From: a virus
Lineage: Duplodnaviria > Caudoviricetes
Virus record (IMG/VR): IMGVR_UViG_3300039916_000019
Span: 1-41,590 of that record
Reading direction: 5' to 3' (one strand)
Length of the DNA stretch: 41,590 nt
In this document: positions 36,002 to 41,590 of the stretch, piece after piece
Numbering within the stretch: the stretch's first letter is position 1
Layout: every line of letters starts with the position of its first letter
The notes under the pieces: generated by a model
Told to the model about the DNA's origin: nothing
The model's database searches: none
Seen by the model: the letters and a program-made list of their open reading frames with translations, nothing else
Made by a program: the position numbers and the translations under genes

Positions 36002-36011
36002 CGGAGCACCC

Positions 36012-36215
36012 ATGGACATCCAGAACCTTCAACGCGAATTCAACTATAACGGGGTCGCTCTCGCTGACCCAAGCCAGACCCTGAGCCTGCCCCAGGTGCG
36101 CGACTTCTACGCCAACGTCTACCCGGAAATCACCAGCGCCGATATCGAAGGCCCGAAGCAGGTCGGCGCTAAAGTGGTCTACACGTTCCGCCGCGCCGTC
36201 GGCACGAAAGGCTGA
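36012..36215 (+). CDS. PRTRC system protein C (ubiquitin-like)
   Basis: R.F.YNG..L.DP, VRDFYAN.YPEI..A.IEGP, ends VGTKG. Confidence 0.92.
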   Translation: MDIQNLQREFNYNGVALADPSQTLSLPQVRDFYANVYPEITSADIEGPKQVGAKVVYTFRRAVGTKG

Positions 36216-36217
36216 TC

Positions 36218-36415
36218 ATGAAGCGCGAAGCTGCCCTGGAGCGCCTGCGCGCCGGCGGACGCCTGTCCTGCGGCGCGCGCCCGGCGAATATCCTGACCGA
36301 GGAACAGGCCGACATGCCGCTTGCTCGCCAGATCTCGCGCATCGTCGCCGAGGGCGTGCGCGCCGCCGGAACACGCTGTCTGGCGCCTTCCGTGAATCAC
36401 GCGGTGCTGCCATGA
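36218..36415 (+). CDS. small hypothetical protein within the PRTRC cluster
   Basis: 65 aa, ATGA-coupled to the next gene. Confidence 0.55.
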   Translation: MKREAALERLRAGGRLSCGARPANILTEEQADMPLARQISRIVAEGVRAAGTRCLAPSVNHAVLP

Positions 36416-37461
36416 GCGCGATAATTCCCGCCTCGGTCCTGGCTCTGCCCCAGTTCGGCGCCGATGTTCCCATGAGTTACACGGTTCCCGGCGTCGACGC
36501 GATGACGATCCCGCTGACCATCGCCCTGCTTGAGGCAGGAGTGATCAGCGACGCGATGCTGCGCGCGCCGCGCAATGCGCTGCTGACCGAGGTGTTTGGC
36601 GAGACCGAGAAGCAGCTGTGCGAACGCGCGCTGGCCCACTGGTGGACTCGCCTGATCCGCGCGAACTCATGCAAGTTCTTCAGGTGGCACCTGGAAGTTA
36701 TGCAGCTCGAAACACATGGCAATTATGAGCCGGACACGACTGCCTGGTTCTGCTTCAGTCGAGTCGGCGACACCATCCCACGCTTCGCTATCGGCCGCGG
36801 CATTGAGCGCCTGGAATGCGTGCTCGAAGGATTCGGGCAAACCGTGCTGGCGGTGCTGCGCGAGGCGCTGCAGCTACTGCCCGACTCATTCACTCCATGG
36901 ATGGCGTTGGGGTTGGCTGAGTGGATGCACTGGGAAGACTCCGAAAACGATGATGAGCTCATCGCGAACTATGCCAGCAACAACGACATGCCGGTGGAAG
37001 CGGTCAATGAAGGCGACGTCCTGACCAGAGCAATCTTTTTCGCCGAATTGCCCCGTTGGGCCGGTGCGCCGCAGCAGGTTGTCTCGAGGGCCGCTATCTG
37101 CGCTGCCGGTACCGGCAAGTTCGAACAACAGGTAATCGCCGCGTGCGACGAGCTGCACTCGCTGGTAGCCCGCCCTAGTTTCATTTTGCGACCTGAAGAC
37201 AAGGGTACCTATCGATGCAGCCGCGACACGGTTGACGCTGCTGTGGTGCTGCTCTGGAAGGACAACGGAGTGGTCGGCCAGGTGATCGATGACTATCTGA
37301 ACGATCTCGGCAACAGCGGCGAGTACTGCGAATACATCGACACCAATCCGGTAACGATGACCGCCGACGGCATCAAAGAATTCCAGATCAAGACCGAGCA
37401 GGCGCTGCAGGTTGCGGTGCTGACCGAGAAACTGATTCTGCTGATTGGAGAGAAATTGTGA
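36412..37461 (+). CDS. PRTRC system protein F
   Basis: position between C and B; GFGQTVL..L, FTP...L...W motifs. Confidence 0.75.
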   Translation: MSAIIPASVLALPQFGADVPMSYTVPGVDAMTIPLTIALLEAGVISDAMLRAPRNALLTEVFGETEKQLCERALAHWWTRLIRANSCKFFRWHLEVMQLETHGNYEPDTTAWFCFSRVGDTIPRFAIGRGIERLECVLEGFGQTVLAVLREALQLLPDSFTPWMALGLAEWMHWEDSENDDELIANYASNNDMPVEAVNEGDVLTRAIFFAELPRWAGAPQQVVSRAAICAAGTGKFEQQVIAACDELHSLVARPSFILRPEDKGTYRCSRDTVDAAVVLLWKDNGVVGQVIDDYLNDLGNSGEYCEYIDTNPVTMTADGIKEFQIKTEQALQVAVLTEKLILLIGEKL

Positions 37462-38198
37462 GCCTTATTCCTGTGGATATCGTCGGCACCAACGAGACGA
37501 CCCTGCGACTGTCCAGCGCCGTGCTGATGTACGAGTCCGGGCGCGGCGACATCTATGCGACTTCGCACCAGGTGGTCCGGGACATGGACCAAGGTCGCAA
37601 CGTGATCGGCGCCGGCGTCCCGCTGTCGAAGGCAGCGCTGGCGAAGTTCGCTGGCGCGGTGGCCAAAGCGACTGCATTTGCCGGGTTCCTGCCCGAGAAC
37701 CTGCTCTACACCTCGCCAAACGTATTGGCATGGTGGGCTCCCGCGCAGGTGCGTGCCACCTGGTTCAAGAAGGCAGGCAGTGGATCCGTCGATGCGCATG
37801 GGCCGGCGGCACACCCTGCCCTGGTGTTCGTGGCCACGCCGGACGACTGGTTCGTCTTCGCGCTGTACGACAGCGCGCGCCCAGCGCCTACCACCCGCCT
37901 CTTCCACTCGCCGCACTTCAACGTATGGAAAGGCGGCCGGATCTGCACCGGCAATGTCGACCTGCCGCCGGCGCTTGGCGCCGAGGTGATCGACCGGTAC
38001 GAAGCTGCTTTCTTCCGTAGCCACTTTACGCATCCGAACCGCAGCGACGCGGTCAAGTACAAGGGCGGCATGCAGCAGCTGTGGCAAGACCAGCTGGCCA
38101 GCCCTGACCCGGAGTCGATGCGCCGTGCGCTCGTCGACTCGAAGGAAACGCTGCAAGCCGCGATCGAACGCATCGCCGGCCACCCTACCAATAACTGA
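37458..38198 (+). CDS. PRTRC system protein B (E2-like)
   Basis: ATSH, LPENLL, WWAP, SPHFNV...G.ICTG (Cys), FF.S.FTH. Confidence 0.9.
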   Translation: MSLIPVDIVGTNETTLRLSSAVLMYESGRGDIYATSHQVVRDMDQGRNVIGAGVPLSKAALAKFAGAVAKATAFAGFLPENLLYTSPNVLAWWAPAQVRATWFKKAGSGSVDAHGPAAHPALVFVATPDDWFVFALYDSARPAPTTRLFHSPHFNVWKGGRICTGNVDLPPALGAEVIDRYEAAFFRSHFTHPNRSDAVKYKGGMQQLWQDQLASPDPESMRRALVDSKETLQAAIERIAGHPTNN

Positions 38199-38213
38199 TC
38201 GAAAGAGGACATC

Positions 38214-38987
38214 ATGAACAAGACAGAATTCACCAGCCAGTTCGACGAACTGCTCAACATCACCCGATCGTCGTTCGACACGTTCCTGGCAACCGCTGAA
38301 ACCGTGTTGCGCGAGCAGCGCCCCCTGCCGCTGGCTGTTGACGAAGCCGCGGCGCCGGCCGACCTGCTGCAGCTTGACATGGCACTGCTCGCGGCTGCGC
38401 CGGTGGCCGCCGTGCCACGCCACGCGCCGTTCCACCCGCTGCAGGAAAGTGGCCACCGTTTCCTGCTGGCCGCCGACGGGCTGCACCTCGAGGTGCGCCG
38501 GCCATGGCTGCACTTTATCCACAGGCTGGCCGAGCAGACGGCCGTCGCGATCCCGTACGGTGAGGTGGAAAAGACATGCCTACTCGATTTCAAGTCGATC
38601 GGGAGTGCGCTGTCGCAGATGAAGGAATTCGCGACGAAGGCGCGCGCCGACGCGCCGATCGAGGCGGCCGCCAGCCTGCTGTGGAATCACCGCGAGCGTA
38701 CCTGGCGCATCGCGTACCCAGAGATCATTGGCGAAGCCAGCGCGAGCACGATCCAGTATGCGCAGGTCGAAGTCGGGCCCGATGAAAGCCTGGCTCTGGA
38801 CATTCACAGCCATGGCCACGCCGGCGCGTTTTTCAGCGACACGGACGATGCGGACGACCGCGGGGCCGTGAAGATTTCGGCGGTCTTCGGCAACCTCGAC
38901 AGCGACAAGCCGACGTGCGCGTTCCGCTTGTGCGTGCTGGGACTGTATATCCCGATCCCGGTGCCGGCCGAGAAAGTGTTTGGGTAA
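38214..38987 (+). CDS. PRTRC system protein A (JAB/MPN metallopeptidase)
   Basis: E (PIEAAA) and DIHSHGHAGAFFSDTDDADD (HxH-x7-S-xx-D). Confidence 0.92.
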   Translation: MNKTEFTSQFDELLNITRSSFDTFLATAETVLREQRPLPLAVDEAAAPADLLQLDMALLAAAPVAAVPRHAPFHPLQESGHRFLLAADGLHLEVRRPWLHFIHRLAEQTAVAIPYGEVEKTCLLDFKSIGSALSQMKEFATKARADAPIEAAASLLWNHRERTWRIAYPEIIGEASASTIQYAQVEVGPDESLALDIHSHGHAGAFFSDTDDADDRGAVKISAVFGNLDSDKPTCAFRLCVLGLYIPIPVPAEKVFG

Positions 38988-38991
38988 TCGC

Positions 38992-39771
38992 ATGCCGCAC
39001 ATCACGCCACCCTACATGCTGAGCCGCGCGCCGCGCATTGCCCTCATCGGCTGCGGCGGAAACGGCTCGCAGATGCTCACTGGCCTGGCCAGACTGAACC
39101 ATGCGCTCATGGCCTTGGGGCACCCGGGCCTGGATGTGCGCGTCTACGACCCGGATACCGTCAGCGAGGCCAACATGGGCCGCCAGCTGTTTGGCAGCTT
39201 CGACGTCGGCGCCAGCAAGGCGCACGTACTGGTGAACCGCATCAATGGGTTCTTCGGCCTGCGATGGGACGCAGTGTTCGGCCGGTTCGATGCGCGCGCC
39301 CACATGTACGACATCGCAATTGCATGCGTCGACAGTGCCCGGGCCCGGAACGAGATAGCGCGCCTCTTGGAAGAGCGGAACGTGAGGTATCTGATGGACT
39401 TGGGAAACCGCGCGGCGGATGGCCAGGTGCTGTTCGGCGAGTTCAATACGAACCGTGAGCTACCGGCAGGTAGCGTGGCCCTGCCCAGCCCGTACGAGGT
39501 GCTGCCTGAGCTGGTCGACCTGGCCGCGCCGGAAGACGACACGCCGAGCTGTGGCCTGGCCGAAGCGCTCGAGCGGCAGGAGCTCTTCGTGAACCAGTCG
39601 ATCGTGACGCCGGCGCTGTCGATCCTGTGGGAGTTTTTCCGGCACGGCCGCCTGACGTGGCACGGCGCCTTCGTGAACCTGCGCACTGGCAGCATGCGGC
39701 CAATGAACGTGCGCGAGCCGGCACCGGCCGCGCCGGCTGAACTGAAAATTGAATTGGAAGGGATCGTATGA
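38992..39771 (+). CDS. PRTRC system ThiF/E1-like protein
   Basis: GCGGNGS, D.DTVSEAN.GRQ, CVD, DLGN, TPSC (Cys). Confidence 0.93.
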   Translation: MPHITPPYMLSRAPRIALIGCGGNGSQMLTGLARLNHALMALGHPGLDVRVYDPDTVSEANMGRQLFGSFDVGASKAHVLVNRINGFFGLRWDAVFGRFDARAHMYDIAIACVDSARARNEIARLLEERNVRYLMDLGNRAADGQVLFGEFNTNRELPAGSVALPSPYEVLPELVDLAAPEDDTPSCGLAEALERQELFVNQSIVTPALSILWEFFRHGRLTWHGAFVNLRTGSMRPMNVREPAPAAPAELKIELEGIV

Positions 39772-40124
39772 TCGAAAGCACGAATGAACGGCGCCGCCGC
39801 CGGTGCGCTCGCGAGCGCCTCGACTGGAACGAGATCGAAAGCCTCGGTGAGCTGCACGGCTTGATCGCGAATGACGGCTACGCCGCCTCGTTCCAGGATA
39901 TGGGCCAGTACCGTAGCGCGCTGGTGCGCCATATGGGCAACCTCCTGCGGACGCTGGCTGCAGGCCAGTCGACGGTGCGCGCGTGGCGTGAGCGAATGGG
40001 CAAACCTGCCGACTGGCCACTGCATGCGCCGACAGACGTCGAGCGCGCGATGGTGGCCGAGATTGCTGAGCTGCGCGCCACCCTTGCAGGCGCACCGAAG
40101 GCATCCCCAGGAGCACAACCATGA
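39768..40124 (+). CDS. hypothetical protein
   Basis: coupled to ThiF; ANDGYAASFQDMGQYRSAL and AEIAELR motifs seen in phage early proteins. Confidence 0.6.
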   Translation: MIESTNERRRRRCARERLDWNEIESLGELHGLIANDGYAASFQDMGQYRSALVRHMGNLLRTLAAGQSTVRAWRERMGKPADWPLHAPTDVERAMVAEIAELRATLAGAPKASPGAQP

Positions 40125-40354
40125 CGCATGCACGCCTACATGCAATCGGACTCGGAATAGTGGCAGGCACGCTAGGTGGTATGGCATTTGCCGTGATCGG
40201 GGCGCTCGTTGGGCCAAGTGGACTGATTGGCTCATTGCTTCTGACAGGTGGTGGGTTTATTGGCGCAGCGCAGCTGCTCAAGCGGCGCAAACAGAGGGGA
40301 GCCCCCACCGGTCAGACCGCCGCCGAATTGATCTTCGGGAAGGACAGCGCATAA
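40121..40354 (+). CDS. small membrane protein
   Basis: two Gly-rich TM segments and a basic tail; coupled on both sides. Confidence 0.6.
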   Translation: MTHARLHAIGLGIVAGTLGGMAFAVIGALVGPSGLIGSLLLTGGGFIGAAQLLKRRKQRGAPTGQTAAELIFGKDSA

Positions 40355-40575
40355 TGGATACGTTTCTGACAACTGACGCGGTTATCAAATTGACTGGACG
40401 CAGAAGGAAGACGAAGCAGATCGAAGCGCTGCGAACGATGGGCCTGCCGTTTTGGATTAACGCAATTGGAGAGCCGGTCGTCACTATCGCCGCAGTCGAA
40501 GGGCGTAAAGAGGAACCGCGCGAGAAGGCATGGATAATGCCAAGGCGGAATGATGGGAAGAAAAAACACGCGTAA
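40354..40575 (+). CDS. xis: excisionase-like (DUF4224)
   Basis: FLT...I.LTGRRR..KQIEALR.MG.PF.INA.G.P.V; overlaps int. Confidence 0.8.
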   Translation: MDTFLTTDAVIKLTGRRRKTKQIEALRTMGLPFWINAIGEPVVTIAAVEGRKEEPREKAWIMPRRNDGKKKHA

Positions 40576-41590
40576 TTTGAACATGCCGCCGCACATGCAT
40601 CCACGGACGCAGCGCAGCGGCAAGACTTACTACTATATGTACAAGAAGGACGACGCCCGCAAGCGGATAGAAATAGCCCTCGGCGACGATTTCATACTAG
40701 CGTTGAAGAAATATGCCGAGCTGAATGTCGTAGTGGATGCAGGGGCCGGTGCGACGTTCACTGACGTATACAAACGCTATTTGGTCGATGCGCTGCCGAA
40801 GCTGGCGGCCAGCTCGGCAAAGATGTGGCGATCGGACATCAAGCACTTGCTTGCAGCATTCAACGACGCGCCGCTAAGCCAGATCAGGCCAGTAAACATT
40901 CGCCACTTTCTTGATGATCACGCAGATACGCCGACCACCGCAAACCGATGCAAGCGTGTCTTTTCGGTCATGTGGAACAAGGCCAGGGGGTGGGGCTATA
41001 CCGATCTGCCGAATCCGTGCGAAGGGATTCAAGGGCACTCGCTTGGAAAGCGCACGGTCTACATCACCGATGCTATCTTCGAAGCAGTATGGGCAAGCGC
41101 GAGCGTCCCCCTCCGCGATGCCATGGATCTTGCGTATCTCACCGGCCAGCGACCTGCAGATGCCCTCAAGATGACCGAGCATGACATCATTGATGGACAC
41201 TTAATCGTGACCCAGGAGAAAACGAAACAGCCGCTGCGCATCAAGATCATCGGACAGCTGTCCACGCTACTCGATCGCATCGCAGCTCGCAAGGCAGGGT
41301 ACAAGGTAAAAACTGCCGCACTACTGGTCAATCTAAGTGGGAAGCGACTGACGGCGCCTGCACTACGCGCGCAGTTCGACAAGGCGCGAACGGCGGCGGC
41401 CGTTGCCGTGCCAGACCTGGCGGAAGAGATCAAACAGATGTGGTTCTACGACCTGCGCGCGAAGGCGGCCGATGACACGGCGGACGACCTGGGCGACCAG
41501 GCAGCGAGCAATTTACTAGGGCACGAAAATGTCCAGACGACTCGCCGACACTACCTGAGGCGGGGCAAAATCGTCGCCCCTACGAAGTGA
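40550..41590 (+). CDS. int: prophage integrase (tyrosine recombinase)
   Basis: LTGQR..D, QEKT, YDLRAK, LGH, TT.RHY. Confidence 0.93.
   Translation: MMGRKNTRNLNMPPHMHPRTQRSGKTYYYMYKKDDARKRIEIALGDDFILALKKYAELNVVVDAGAGATFTDVYKRYLVDALPKLAASSAKMWRSDIKHLLAAFNDAPLSQIRPVNIRHFLDDHADTPTTANRCKRVFSVMWNKARGWGYTDLPNPCEGIQGHSLGKRTVYITDAIFEAVWASASVPLRDAMDLAYLTGQRPADALKMTEHDIIDGHLIVTQEKTKQPLRIKIIGQLSTLLDRIAARKAGYKVKTAALLVNLSGKRLTAPALRAQFDKARTAAAVAVPDLAEEIKQMWFYDLRAKAADDTADDLGDQAASNLLGHENVQTTRRHYLRRGKIVAPTK

Larger units (their letters stand above)
1..41590. mobile_element. temperate HK97/lambda-like prophage, apparently intact
   Basis: integration, immunity, replication, packaging, head, tail and lysis modules present with no obvious pseudogenes; att sites not visible in the window. 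Confidence 0.95.

Noticed and set aside
36012-38987. JAB and Ubl as displaced lambda tail proteins K and I
   Set aside because: They are early-operon genes linked to E1/E2 with PRTRC-type motifs and no NlpC/P60 fusion
37293-40308. Long minus-strand ORFs (409, 295, 363, 282 aa)
   Set aside because: Shadows of the PRTRC genes, which have clear motifs on the plus strand
1-41590. CRISPR array, tRNA, IS element, DGR or att core repeats
   Set aside because: No repeat-spacer array, cloverleaf, transposase, reverse transcriptase or terminal direct repeat was seen by eye; att sites probably lie outside the window

Overview
The window is a near-complete temperate HK97/lambda-like siphovirus prophage. 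The host is probably a GC-rich betaproteobacterium, inferred from the composition and a CTGT-N8-ACAG LexA box. On the minus strand the order is cro, early genes, O-like initiator, DnaB, a second tyrosine recombinase, a Q-like gene with pR'/tR', HNH, terminase, portal, ClpP-type protease, capsid, SGNH head/neck protein, connectors, tail tube, G/GT chaperones, tape measure, a minimal tail tip, holins, SAR endolysin, spanins and a DNA adenine methylase with its own SOS box. On the plus strand are cI, a membrane moron and the pL operon, which ends in xis and int. The most striking feature is that the pL operon has no recognisable Red/RecT-type recombination genes. It instead carries a ubiquitin-like conjugation module of the PRTRC type (E, C/Ubl, F, B/E2, A/JAB, ThiF/E1) without the ParB partner, placed directly behind CI-type operators. 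Other points of interest are an integrase-like gene coupled to dnaB, several low-GC candidate defence morons (DUF2971-like, HEPN-like), a doubled operator upstream of a P63C gene, DUF4214-like repeats in the tape measure protein and a small antisense hydrophobic peptide. The att sites are not visible because the window ends at the integrase stop codon. All family calls come from motif recognition and synteny, not database searches.
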